The notes under the pieces were generated by a model. It was not told the origin of the DNA. It did not search any database and saw only the letters and a program-made list of their open reading frames with translations. Shown here piece by piece: positions 8,788 through 18,221 of a stretch of 41,701 nucleotides of DNA (within the stretch, counting starts at the first letter, position 1; every line of letters begins with the position of its first letter). A program made the position numbers and the translations under genes. Where the stretch lies: contig JBHLOC010000042.1 of the NCBI GenBank assembly GCA_048940925.1, positions 1 through 41,701 of the forward strand, read 5' to 3'. This DNA is from Promethearchaeota archaeon (GTDB lineage: Archaea; Asgardarchaeota; Lokiarchaeia; Sigyniarchaeales; SOKP01).

Positions 8788-9204
8788 ATGAAAAAATTAA
8801 AATTGAGATTTTATTCAATGAATACTCCCCAGTCTCATAAGATTTATTCAAATAATTTAATATCTCAAAAAAAGGAAGCTAATAATTTTATTGAAAATCG
8901 GAGTAATGTATTACAAAAAGCTAGTGTACATGATAAATTTAAATCCTTGTTAAAGTTCGAAACTTTTAAAATACTTTTAAATATAAGAAATTACGATAAC
9001 TCTCTTGAATGTAAAATGTGTCATAAAAAAATCATGAATACAAGAAAACCGAATTATTTTCATTTATATACTGAAGATCAAGCACATTTTATAACTTTTC
9101 ATTTTTTTTGCGCTTTAAAATCTAATACTGCTGATGAATTTCTTGAGATTGCTGATAATTTTGATTATACTTATCGTATCAACAATATAGTTAAAAAAAC
9201 TTGA
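8788..9204 (+). CDS. Hypothetical zinc-finger protein (CxxC...HxxC)
   Basis: CKMCHKK...FHFFC; starts 2 nt after the upstream stop, so probably co-transcribed. Confidence 0.65.
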   Translation: MKKLKLRFYSMNTPQSHKIYSNNLISQKKEANNFIENRSNVLQKASVHDKFKSLLKFETFKILLNIRNYDNSLECKMCHKKIMNTRKPNYFHLYTEDQAHFITFHFFCALKSNTADEFLEIADNFDYTYRINNIVKKT

Positions 9205-9269
9205 ATGCAATACGCTTAAAAAAACTAATAAACATTGAATATATTCAAAACCTAGTGATGAATAGCAGG

Positions 9270-10193
9270 CTATTGATATTTCTTTAAAAACTGATTTACT
9301 TCGACCTCTAAAGGCATTCCTGTCCTAGCGCCAAGTTTTTGAATCTTTAATGCTGCTGCAGCGTTAGCAAATTTAACTGAATCTTCTAATACCCATCCTT
9401 TTATCCAATATGCTACAGAAAAAGCTCCATTAAATGTATCACCCGCTCCAGTAGTGTCAATTACATTATTAATATTATAGGCCGGAATTAATTTTTGAGA
9501 ATCCTCTGTGGTAAATAGTGCGCCTTTCTGCCCTAAGGTTATAATAACAATGGGGATCCCTTTTTTAATTAAATCTTTTGCTGCATCTTTAGCAGTATCT
9601 TTTCTGGTAATTATTTTAGCACCCTCCTTATTAGGAATTAAAATATCGGTTTTTAATAAAATATTTTTTAATTCCTTCCAACCTTTTTGGGCAATCTGAG
9701 GTTCTAAGTCAATACTTACTTTAATATTATTTTCTTTTGCGATTTCAATTGCTTTTCTTGATAACTCAAGATGTATTAAGGTAGTATGTAAAACCTTAGC
9801 TTTAGCTATATAAGATTCCACCAAATCAGTGAGATCTAATTTTGTCCTCTGCATGTGGGGAGATTGTATAATTATTTTTTCCCCATTAGATATAAAAATG
9901 AAATTAATCGGTGTAATCATATCTTTTTTCCTTAAAGTAAAAGTAGTATCCACTTCTTCTTTAATTAAATCTTCAATTAAAAAATTCCCATAAGCATCAT
10001 CACCAACAGCTCCAATGAACCCACAAGAAACTCCTAATCGAGCTACAGCAACAAGATAATTAGCAGTAACTCCTCCTGGAAAATAATTTTCACTAATTGC
10101 ATCAATTTTTTCATCTGGCTTAGGAAAGTGAGGTATCGTAGCAACCCAATCTACAACTATTTCCCCTAATCCTATTATATCAATTTTCTTCAT
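9270..10193 (-). CDS. PfkB/ribokinase-family carbohydrate kinase
   Basis: PGGVTAN, GAVGDDAYG, PNKEG, ITLGQKG, DTTGAGDTFNGAF, ANAAAA. Confidence 0.95.
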   Translation of the reverse strand: MKKIDIIGLGEIVVDWVATIPHFPKPDEKIDAISENYFPGGVTANYLVAVARLGVSCGFIGAVGDDAYGNFLIEDLIKEEVDTTFTLRKKDMITPINFIFISNGEKIIIQSPHMQRTKLDLTDLVESYIAKAKVLHTTLIHLELSRKAIEIAKENNIKVSIDLEPQIAQKGWKELKNILLKTDILIPNKEGAKIITRKDTAKDAAKDLIKKGIPIVIITLGQKGALFTTEDSQKLIPAYNINNVIDTTGAGDTFNGAFSVAYWIKGWVLEDSVKFANAAAALKIQKLGARTGMPLEVEVNQFLKKYQ

Positions 10194-10261
10194 AAATTAG
10201 AAAATACTATCATTTAATATTGTTTAGAGAAATTGAATTTTAAAAAGAGAAAAACCATAAA

Positions 10262-11986
10262 TTATAACTTTATTTCTTTCATAACCTTTTCTAATTCTTC
10301 ATCAATATTTAAACTTTTAAAATCATATACAGAAATTTCATATGAATTTGAATAATCACTGAATTTAGCCTTGCCTTTTATTATAATATCCTTACCTAAT
10401 AGTTCAGAAGATTTTTTTTCTAAAATTTTCTCAAAATCAGGAGTATCCTTAATTTGTACGATTTTATCAGTTTTTATTCCTATTAATTTTTCTGCTCTTT
10501 CACCTATAAATGTTGTTCTTATGGTACCAGTTCCATCATCAATGATAAGATTAATAATCATCCTATATTCTGTGTTTTCTCTCATACCACATGTACAATT
10601 ATCAACCTTTTTAAAACAGTTCGTACAGGCTTCATAAGTAGTGATATTATTAATATCTTTGGCGATATATCCTTTTATTTCAATTCTGTCAGGAGAATTA
10701 ATATTTTCGATTTTTTTGTAATTACCCGAATATGAAGATTCTAATCCCTTCTTAGATAATTCCATAAATTTAAGATTATTTATTTTTAAATCGATTAATT
10801 CCAATTTTGATTCACTTATCAAAGAAATTTCATTTCTTTTTGAAAAATTGCTATATTTAACAAGGACATTACTTAAAAGCAAACCTTTTCCTGTTGCTAA
10901 TTTTTTTGAATATTCTTCAGCATTTTCTCCCCATAAAGTAACTCTAATTCCATCTGTATTATCACTTACAACAACTCCTAATAATGAAGTATTTTCCCCT
11001 GATTTTAAGGTAACTGCTTTTAAATCATCAATGGAAGTAATAATTCCTCGAAATTTAACTATACCTTTCTGATTTTGGAGTGTTTTAATGCTTTTGATCT
11101 CTTTTCCTTCGATGGAGAGTTTTTTAGACTTTTTCTTTATAATTGAAGTTTTATTCACAAATAAATCAATTGTTTTAGAATCTAAATTACTTAATCTTGG
11201 ATTTAGATTGGTAATAGAGACGATATCATCGACCTCTATATCATTCATTTTTTTTGTATCTTCATTCCAAAATGTAACTCTTGCTGTTCCAGTTGTATCA
11301 AGTAATGTTAGAGATCCTACTTTTCCTAAATCACCATTTTTTCTTGCAAATTCATTTATTTGAGTCTTTCTGATTACTTTACCTTCGAGAGATAAAGATT
11401 TGAGACTTAAATTAATTTCACTAATATTTATTGGTTCAAATTTTATTTTTGGATATTTATTATAATCCACATCATCGGGTGATATTATAATTTTACTAAA
11501 TCTCCCCAGGTGAATCTCAAGTTGCTCATACTTACCTTTTTTCGCAATTCCGTTCACAATCTTAATTACTTCATTTACATTGAAATTATCCATGTTAAAA
11601 ATCTTCACATGATCATCCCATAAAACAATCCGAATATCTCCTGTATGATCATGGAGTAAAAATGATCCAACATATCCAGTCTCTCCATCACTTCTATTGA
11701 AACTATTAACCGAATAAACTTCTTTTATTCTGCCGATTAATGTTATATTTTTCATTGTTGATTTAATATCAGATATATTGAGTTCAATATCCTTTAGTAG
11801 ATCTCTATTTTCATCTTTTACATCTACTCCTAACTCCCGAGCTATTATAAATAGAGCCCCCTCCTCAGAAATGAGTCCTTTTAATTCTACTTTTTTATCC
11901 TTCACCATGCCTTGAATTTCCTTTCTTGTTAATCCAGTATCCTCAATAATTTTATTAATATATACTTCAGTTTTCATTACACTCAT
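10262..11986 (-). CDS. rpa: Replication protein A large subunit (multiple OB folds + Zn finger)
   Basis: N-terminal GLISEEGALFIIARELGV domain, four D-x-TG-x-IR-type OB folds, CTNC...CTC; ATG 11986 preferred over TTG 11998. Confidence 0.92.
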   Translation of the reverse strand: MSVMKTEVYINKIIEDTGLTRKEIQGMVKDKKVELKGLISEEGALFIIARELGVDVKDENRDLLKDIELNISDIKSTMKNITLIGRIKEVYSVNSFNRSDGETGYVGSFLLHDHTGDIRIVLWDDHVKIFNMDNFNVNEVIKIVNGIAKKGKYEQLEIHLGRFSKIIISPDDVDYNKYPKIKFEPINISEINLSLKSLSLEGKVIRKTQINEFARKNGDLGKVGSLTLLDTTGTARVTFWNEDTKKMNDIEVDDIVSITNLNPRLSNLDSKTIDLFVNKTSIIKKKSKKLSIEGKEIKSIKTLQNQKGIVKFRGIITSIDDLKAVTLKSGENTSLLGVVVSDNTDGIRVTLWGENAEEYSKKLATGKGLLLSNVLVKYSNFSKRNEISLISESKLELIDLKINNLKFMELSKKGLESSYSGNYKKIENINSPDRIEIKGYIAKDINNITTYEACTNCFKKVDNCTCGMRENTEYRMIINLIIDDGTGTIRTTFIGERAEKLIGIKTDKIVQIKDTPDFEKILEKKSSELLGKDIIIKGKAKFSDYSNSYEISVYDFKSLNIDEELEKVMKEIKL

Positions 11987-12197
11987 ATTAAAAAACAACT
12001 TTGACTTTAAAAATGCATTAGAAAATATTACTTAAAAAAAAAATTATTTATTTGTTAATTAAAATTCAATTTCTTATAAAATAAAAGAGTATTAAATAAA
12101 GGTAATTTTTCTAATGGGAATTACTTTGTATGATATTGGAGAACATCTTATTTTTACCACTAATTTTAAATTCAACAAATACTTTTTTTAGACGAAA

Positions 12198-12935
12198 ATG
12201 AAAACATTTAAAATTATTCCTGTCATTGATATTCTAAACTCTGAAGCTGTACATGCCAAAGAGGGTGAAAGAGATAAATATTTGCCCTTAAAATCAAGGA
12301 TGTTTAATTCCACTAATCCAATTAAGATAATTAAAACTCTTAAATACAAGTATAAATTTAATGAAATTTATATCGCAGATTTAGATTCTATTATTAATAA
12401 AAAGCTTAATTATCAAATATTTGACAAAATCTCAAAAATCCCAGATCTATATATTATGGTAGATCCAGGAATTGTAAATTTCCAAGATGTTTCTGTTTTT
12501 TCTAAATATAAATTTAATCAATTAATAATTGGATTAGAAACCATAAATAATCTTGAAATTATTAGTAAAAGTATATCCTTACTCGGTCAAAACAGGCTCA
12601 TAATAAGTATAGATATGTATAAAGGGAAAATTATATCAAAATTAGAGGATTTAAATAATAAAGATCCAAAATCAATTATCAATCAAATTTCGAATTTAGG
12701 TATTACAAATATAATACTTTTAGATTTATTTAGGGTAGGTCAAAAATTTGGAGGAATTCCCGCTTTATTTTCAGAGATTGTATCATTTTTTAACGGGAAT
12801 GTATTTGTGGGAGGTGGAATAAAAAATCAAGAAGATTTTATATCTTATAAAAAACAAAAATTTTCAGGAGTATTAGTTGCAACAGCTTTATATGATGGAA
12901 CAATCAATATTAAAAAAGTAAGAAAATTTCTTTAA
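12198..12935 (+). CDS. HisA/HisF-related TIM-barrel protein
   Basis: IIPVIDI...AVHA..GERDKY.P, YIADLDSI, LDLFRVG, VGGGI, GVLVATALYDG. Confidence 0.88.
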   Translation: MKTFKIIPVIDILNSEAVHAKEGERDKYLPLKSRMFNSTNPIKIIKTLKYKYKFNEIYIADLDSIINKKLNYQIFDKISKIPDLYIMVDPGIVNFQDVSVFSKYKFNQLIIGLETINNLEIISKSISLLGQNRLIISIDMYKGKIISKLEDLNNKDPKSIINQISNLGITNIILLDLFRVGQKFGGIPALFSEIVSFFNGNVFVGGGIKNQEDFISYKKQKFSGVLVATALYDGTINIKKVRKFL

Positions 12936-12945
12936 GATTTAAGAA

Positions 12946-13473
12946 TTAATCGAGAAAAATAACACCAGAACTAGATACATTTAAAGATTTCTTACAAACT
13001 GGACAAGAATGTTTCATTCTAACCCAATCTGTTAAATGTTCCTTATGTGCTTTCGCTTCACAAATAGGACAACCAGCCACGTCATCAAAAATTTCAATAT
13101 TTTTCCCACATACGGAACATTTAGTTTTTGATGCAGTAGATATTTTTAATAACTCTTTTTTTACATCTAATATAACTTTCTCTGTATTTTCTGCTGTTGG
13201 ATTAATTTGCTTTAATTCATCCTTAGTATCGACGCAAAAAATAGTTCCTTCTGTATCATCCTTTTTATTACCAATCCATACTATTTTACCTTTAAAATAA
13301 CTAGAACCCTGATGATCTAATAGTATATTTAATCTTCGATCTTCCATCACGTATGTTTGAATAACTTTAGTATATTTTAAACCCAAATTTGAAGATAACT
13401 GCTTAACAACTTCTATTGGTTCTTTAAATACTTCATTAGTAATATCTACTTTTGTAATTTCTTTAGGAGACAT
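12946..13473 (-). CDS. Protein with C-terminal RING-type zinc finger (putative E3 ligase)
   Basis: CSVC-x12-CPIC-x4-H-x2-H-x3-W-x6-CPVC. Confidence 0.8.
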   Translation of the reverse strand: MSPKEITKVDITNEVFKEPIEVVKQLSSNLGLKYTKVIQTYVMEDRRLNILLDHQGSSYFKGKIVWIGNKKDDTEGTIFCVDTKDELKQINPTAENTEKVILDVKKELLKISTASKTKCSVCGKNIEIFDDVAGCPICEAKAHKEHLTDWVRMKHSCPVCKKSLNVSSSGVIFLD

Positions 13474-13754
13474 AACAATCTTATCACTTTTTTTTATATT
13501 TAATAATAATGATTTAATTTAAATTTATATATATATATTTAATTGAATTACTTCAGTTTTTGCTCTTGGTATATTATTAGAAATAGACACTCTTAATAGA
13601 TTAGCTGTAAAACAGAATATATAATAATACTAAATCCAAAAGGAAATATTTTTACTGTTTCTTATTAGTTCTTCAAAAATAGATTCATAATAAGTTATCT
13701 ATTTAAAGTTTTTAATTTTTTTATATAATTTGTAAAAAAAGTTTTCTTTCATTC

Positions 13755-14714
13755 TTAGCCCTTTAAAATTCGAGGCCCATTATTATTAATTAATAAATTA
13801 AAAACTCTAATCCTCGGTTTATATGAATCAAAAATCTCTAATACTTTAGATAAGCTTTCTTTTTTACATATTACATAAACGGCTTTTCCTAATTGATTCA
13901 TACTTGACCCTAAAACATTCAATTTATTTAAATTGGTTATTAATTCCTTGATTTCATATAAATTCAAGATATCTAGAATTTCTGTCTCCCTAACAAATTC
14001 AATTGACGCTTTTATGAATGTTCTGATATTTCTTTGCTGTATCAATTTTTCTAAAGCCTTTCTACCTGCTTTCTTTATTCTCAAATTTAAAATTGGATCT
14101 GTCAAAATAGATTTTGTATGAATCATTCCAAAAGAACCGCATACTATTATATATTTATCAGGAACTTCAATGCGCTCAGTAACACAAGGATAACCTGGTT
14201 CCTTCAGTATGCATAAACCACCACGTAATAGGCCACAAACAGTTCCTAAACCAGTTCTATTTACAACTTCTGCAATATGAGCTATTCTACTCTCTTCGAT
14301 ATTTGAAAGATTTAGATTTAATAAATGATTCAAACCAAAAATCGTCCCTAAAGCTCCAGAACCACTAGCACCATAACCACATCCAACGGGTAAATCAAAA
14401 TAATGAAAAATTTTAATTCTTACGGGATTATTAATTAAATGTTTAATCTTATTGTAAATGTAATATGTTGTTTCAGCCTTTTTGTTTACTTTTTCATTAT
14501 TAATATAGATATTTAATACATTTTTGTTTGACTTATCTAACTCATCAATTTCAATTTTAGTTCTTCCCACAGCGCTTAAATTAAAACCAGCACCTCTTGA
14601 TCCAATTTTTTCAGGATCTTGTATCTTCATACCATTTATTTCGTCAACAATTTCAAAAAATCCCGAAATTCTATGAGGTACTTCAACAATAACTTCTTTA
14701 TCTAATACAACCAT
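13755..14714 (-). CDS. Pantoate kinase (GHMP family)
   Basis: VPHRISGFF, GSRGAG, LPVGCGYGASGSGALG, AHIAEV...TGLGTV, SMNQLG. Confidence 0.9.
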   Translation of the reverse strand: MVVLDKEVIVEVPHRISGFFEIVDEINGMKIQDPEKIGSRGAGFNLSAVGRTKIEIDELDKSNKNVLNIYINNEKVNKKAETTYYIYNKIKHLINNPVRIKIFHYFDLPVGCGYGASGSGALGTIFGLNHLLNLNLSNIEESRIAHIAEVVNRTGLGTVCGLLRGGLCILKEPGYPCVTERIEVPDKYIIVCGSFGMIHTKSILTDPILNLRIKKAGRKALEKLIQQRNIRTFIKASIEFVRETEILDILNLYEIKELITNLNKLNVLGSSMNQLGKAVYVICKKESLSKVLEIFDSYKPRIRVFNLLINNNGPRILKG

Positions 14715-14783
14715 TTATATTAAGAAGATTAATTTATTAAAATATCTATATTTAAATAAATAGATAAATCGAATGAAAATGTT

Positions 14784-15494
14784 ATGAAAGAATTACGTAT
14801 CATTAAAATAGGTGGATCGTTATTATTCACTGGAAATAGAACAATTGATTCAAAAAAAATAATTAAATTTTCAAATATTTTTAAAAGGAACGAAAATCCT
14901 GGTAATCATATTATTATTTGTGGAGGTGGACTAATTGCAAGGGAATATATTGATGCTGTTAGATCATTTGAAGGATCAGAAGCATTATGTGATATTTTTG
15001 GAATTGAAATCTCCCATATCAATTCCAAATTAATTATAGCTTCATTAAAAAATTTAGCTTTTCCACAAGTGCCAAAATCTTTTGAAGAACTATCAAAAGC
15101 AATGCTTTTTAATAAAATTATTGTGATGGGAGGATTACAACCGGGGCAATCTACAACTTCAGTAGCACTAGAAGTTGCAGAATTCATTGGTGGAAAAGAA
15201 ATTGTTATACTTACTGATGTACCAGGTATTTATGATAAAGACCCTAAAAAATTTGATGATGCGAAATTATTAGAACATCTTACCTATGATCAACTTCAAG
15301 AATTAATTTTAAAAGATTCTGACAAGAAGCAAGCTGCTGCAGGAGAATATAGGATCTTTGATGCAGTATCTTTACAGATTTTAAAACGTAGTAACATTAA
15401 AGTTATTATCTTATCAGGGAAGGATTTGAATGAATTTAAAAAGTACTGGAATGGAGTAAAAAACGTATTTGGTACAATTATCTCAAATGATTGA
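14784..15494 (+). CDS. pyrH: Uridylate kinase
   Basis: KIGGS, GGGLIAREYI, MGGLQPGQST, TDVPGIYDKDP, AGEYRIFD. Confidence 0.95.
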   Translation: MKELRIIKIGGSLLFTGNRTIDSKKIIKFSNIFKRNENPGNHIIICGGGLIAREYIDAVRSFEGSEALCDIFGIEISHINSKLIIASLKNLAFPQVPKSFEELSKAMLFNKIIVMGGLQPGQSTTSVALEVAEFIGGKEIVILTDVPGIYDKDPKKFDDAKLLEHLTYDQLQELILKDSDKKQAAAGEYRIFDAVSLQILKRSNIKVIILSGKDLNEFKKYWNGVKNVFGTIISND

Positions 15495-15571
15495 AGTATT
15501 CATAAATTATTTTAACTTGTAATGTTTTACTTAAATAAATTACTGATTATTTTAATTGATAGGAAAACAAA

Positions 15572-15805
15572 ATGTCTCAAACTTCATGGAAAGATCAAAT
15601 TAAAAGAAAATGGGGCCCTCATTCTCATTGCCCTATATGTGGTAAGGCTATGCCAACAGATAAGAAGTTTTGCAGTCAAACTTGTCGTGATAATTATCTT
15701 GGACGTGAGAGAAAACAAAAAAAAAAGGGAAGGCTTCAATGTGTGTTTCTTATAGTAATGTTAGTTGTTATGATGTTAATGTTATTTATACCATATCTTT
15801 TCTAA
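15572..15805 (+). CDS. DUF2116-like Zn-ribbon protein with C-terminal transmembrane helix
   Basis: PHSHCPICGKAMP.DKKFCSQTC, basic stretch, hydrophobic C-terminus. Confidence 0.85.
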   Translation: MSQTSWKDQIKRKWGPHSHCPICGKAMPTDKKFCSQTCRDNYLGRERKQKKKGRLQCVFLIVMLVVMMLMLFIPYLF

Positions 15806-15933
15806 TCTTTCCTTTTTAATGCTTGGAAATGAACTATTATCAAAACAGTTTATAATAACAATACTTTAGTCTATAATGCAAAATTAAAGAAGAACAAAAA
15901 GAATTTATATCTTAATTTTTAGTATTTTTCAAA

Positions 15934-16097
15934 TGCAGGGAGTGGGACTTGAACCCACGAAGAGCTATCTCACCGGATATCTCATAAGAAATAGTATAAT
16001 CAACGGATATTAATTCAAAAAGATCTTGAGTCCTGCTAATGAGAATAGATTTTTCCCAAAAGAGTCCGGCACCGTTGACCAACTTGGTTATCCCTGC
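15934..16097 (-). tRNA. tRNA-Leu(CAA) with two introns (16030-16063 at 32/33; 15979-16024 at 37/38) flanking a 5-nt exon
   Basis: GCAGGGA/TCCCTGC acceptor, Leu-type D loop and long variable arm. Spliced anticodon arm is CCGGA-CT-CAA-GA-TCCGG. BHB-like junctions CCGG/CAGG and CTCA/TGAG. Confidence 0.85.
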
Positions 16098-16261
16098 TTG
16101 AAGAGTTCTTAAGTAAAATAATATTTCAAACAATAAAAATCATTATATTAAAAAAAAAAAAATTATTATCCATTACTGAATAAGGTATCTGATCTCATAG
16201 GAGTGCCTGGGTTCGTAAATTTAACAGTTTTTCTGTTTTATCGAAATTCCCTGTCTTTGCA

Positions 16262-16627
16262 TTATGATAAACTTTCAACTATTTCTTTTAATACTTGGTC
16301 TAAAAAAATTATTAAGGGTTTTATGATTTCTTCATTTTTCTTCTTACTTCTTAAAAATAGAAGTAGTAGTACCGGAGCTTTAAGTGTATGAGATGCTCTT
16401 TCAGCAATAATAGTACTTAGTAAATTTGAATCTACTCCAAATAGATTAAAGGAGGTTGTAGGAGGTTTAACACCATCAATTATAGGAGGACTACCTAATG
16501 TTACAGTACCAATACCCATTTTGTTTTGATCTGATATTAATAATAGAAAGCTTTTATGTAATTGGAAGAGACTTAAATATATCGTAATGTCATCTATTTT
16601 TATGTTCTTTTCTGCTAATAATTCCAT
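16262..16627 (-). CDS. Proteasome assembly chaperone 4 (PAC4)-like protein
   Basis: 121 aa with pattern LLLISD...GIGTVTLGSP...SFNLFG...IIAERAS..LKAPVLLLL. Confidence 0.55.
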   Translation of the reverse strand: MELLAEKNIKIDDITIYLSLFQLHKSFLLLISDQNKMGIGTVTLGSPPIIDGVKPPTTSFNLFGVDSNLLSTIIAERASHTLKAPVLLLLFLRSKKKNEEIIKPLIIFLDQVLKEIVESLS

Positions 16628-16801
16628 CTTTTTATAAATTTTTTTTTTAATTAAAAAAGTATAAAATCATAATAAAAAAATTTTCTTTCACATGATTCTT
16701 TCTTTATTGTTAGCTATTAATTTATTACAACACTTTTCTAAAATAACTAAAAACTACAAAATATTTAGATTTTAAAAGAACTTATGTCTTAATTAATCTT
16801 C

Positions 16802-17302
16802 TTAATCACGAGAAAGAATCACATCAGAAATTCTTTGTCTTCTTATATCAAAATCATGGTCTACATGTATAGTTATACAATGTTGGTCAGCATTTTGGAG
16901 ATTTTTGTGAACATAGCTTATTGGAACTACTGGTAATTCTGATTTGAGAACAGCTTTTATGGGAACAGGAATAGGAATAATTGCTTTACATCTCTCACAA
17001 TTCACTAAAACCACTTTAGTATTGGGGGATTCAAATTTTTTTATTCTCTCTAAAACATCATTAGATAACTTTGAAGTATTTAAAGTAAGTCTTTCATTTT
17101 GTTTGGGTGCTTCGGGAACAATAGGAATTTCTAATTCTAGATCTTCGCTTGTTAAATATTCTTTTTTTATTTCTTCTTCTTTTCTAGAGGATACGGCATT
17201 ATTTTTTTTCTCAATTTCTCTAGTGCTAATTTTGCTTTTAATCTTTTCAAAAACAGATATCTCACGTTTCTTATTTTTATCTTTTTTGACCAAAAATCTC
17301 AC
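16802..17302 (-). CDS. Hypothetical protein, charged N-terminus plus C-terminal Cys/His domain
   Basis: CERC...SYVH...HCITIHVDHDF; start uncertain. Confidence 0.7.
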   Translation of the reverse strand: MRFLVKKDKNKKREISVFEKIKSKISTREIEKKNNAVSSRKEEEIKKEYLTSEDLELEIPIVPEAPKQNERLTLNTSKLSNDVLERIKKFESPNTKVVLVNCERCKAIIPIPVPIKAVLKSELPVVPISYVHKNLQNADQHCITIHVDHDFDIRRQRISDVILSRD

Positions 17303-17479
17303 ATTTGTTTAATAATTGAATTCTCTACTTATTATGATTCAAGTAAAATTATAAAAATTTATATCTTTTCAATTTAAAATTCTCATTTCTGTCAGTAATA
17401 AAAAAAATTGAAGATATTACTTAGTATTATATTGAAAATATTAAATGTGAAGAAATATAATCAATGACAAAAGAGTTTC

Positions 17480-18115
17480 TTAAACTCCAAAAATTTGTCT
17501 AAGCTCATTATATATTTTTGATAACTCAGAAATTATTTGGGTATTATTTTGTTGAAGATAATAATTAATATATCCTGCTAATCCCTCACTATCTCTAATC
17601 CAGTCTAAAAATGATTGGATTTCATCTTTAAGTTGAGGATCTATACTTGGACTAAATCCAGCTGAAGTAGTTCCTGCCATCGTTGAAGTTCCGCTTATTT
17701 GATTTGTTTGTTGACCTAATTGCGCATAAGCTTCAATATATGGTCCTTGTGTACTCATAGATCCCACAGCTCTTTGAACATCCATTATAGCTCCACGCGC
17801 ATCTCCATCTGGCTGAAGATAGCAAATAAGTTTATGTTCCTCATCTTTTGCTGCACAAATACTTCCTTCGCCTTTCAAAGATATAGCAACTAAACGTTCA
17901 GCCTCCATTTGCAATATCGAATATTTAACTCCAGAAACCATTATGAATTGAGCATTTTGACCAATCCAACTTGATATTACTCTGTCAATATCTCCACTAA
18001 TATCCCAATTATCTGTCGTATAAATAATTTCTTTACCTTTAACAACAGTTGCTGCGATAATATTAGGATCTGATTGCATCAAATTATAAACTGCAGTTGC
18101 TGGATCTACTGGCAT
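17480..18115 (-). CDS. Profilin-domain protein with C-terminal extension
   Basis: First ~120 aa follow the Asgard profilin pattern (IIYTTDNWDI, SW, FIMVSGVKYSILQ..ERLVA...GEGSI.AAKD), then a Q/T/S/G linker and a helical tail. Confidence 0.8.
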   Translation of the reverse strand: MPVDPATAVYNLMQSDPNIIAATVVKGKEIIYTTDNWDISGDIDRVISSWIGQNAQFIMVSGVKYSILQMEAERLVAISLKGEGSICAAKDEEHKLICYLQPDGDARGAIMDVQRAVGSMSTQGPYIEAYAQLGQQTNQISGTSTMAGTTSAGFSPSIDPQLKDEIQSFLDWIRDSEGLAGYINYYLQQNNTQIISELSKIYNELRQIFGV

Positions 18116-18221
18116 CTTTTTTTCTCTTTCTTTTGGTAATTTTCAAATAAATAATATCTAAAGTCATTTAGTTTTGCTATAAAATAATTATATACTAATT
18201 TATTAAAAATTTATTGATAAC

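Noticed and set aside
15522-15755. 77-aa ORF overlapping the DUF2116-like gene in another frame
   Set aside because: No motif; the overlapping frame has the recognisable Zn ribbon and TM helix.
15912-16133. 73-aa ORF over tRNA-Leu, and the single-intron reading giving a Leu-body tRNA with a CTT anticodon
   Set aside because: The ORF is incidental. The single-intron reading gives a pyrimidine at 37 and a poorer BHB, while the two-intron reading restores a normal Leu(CAA) loop.
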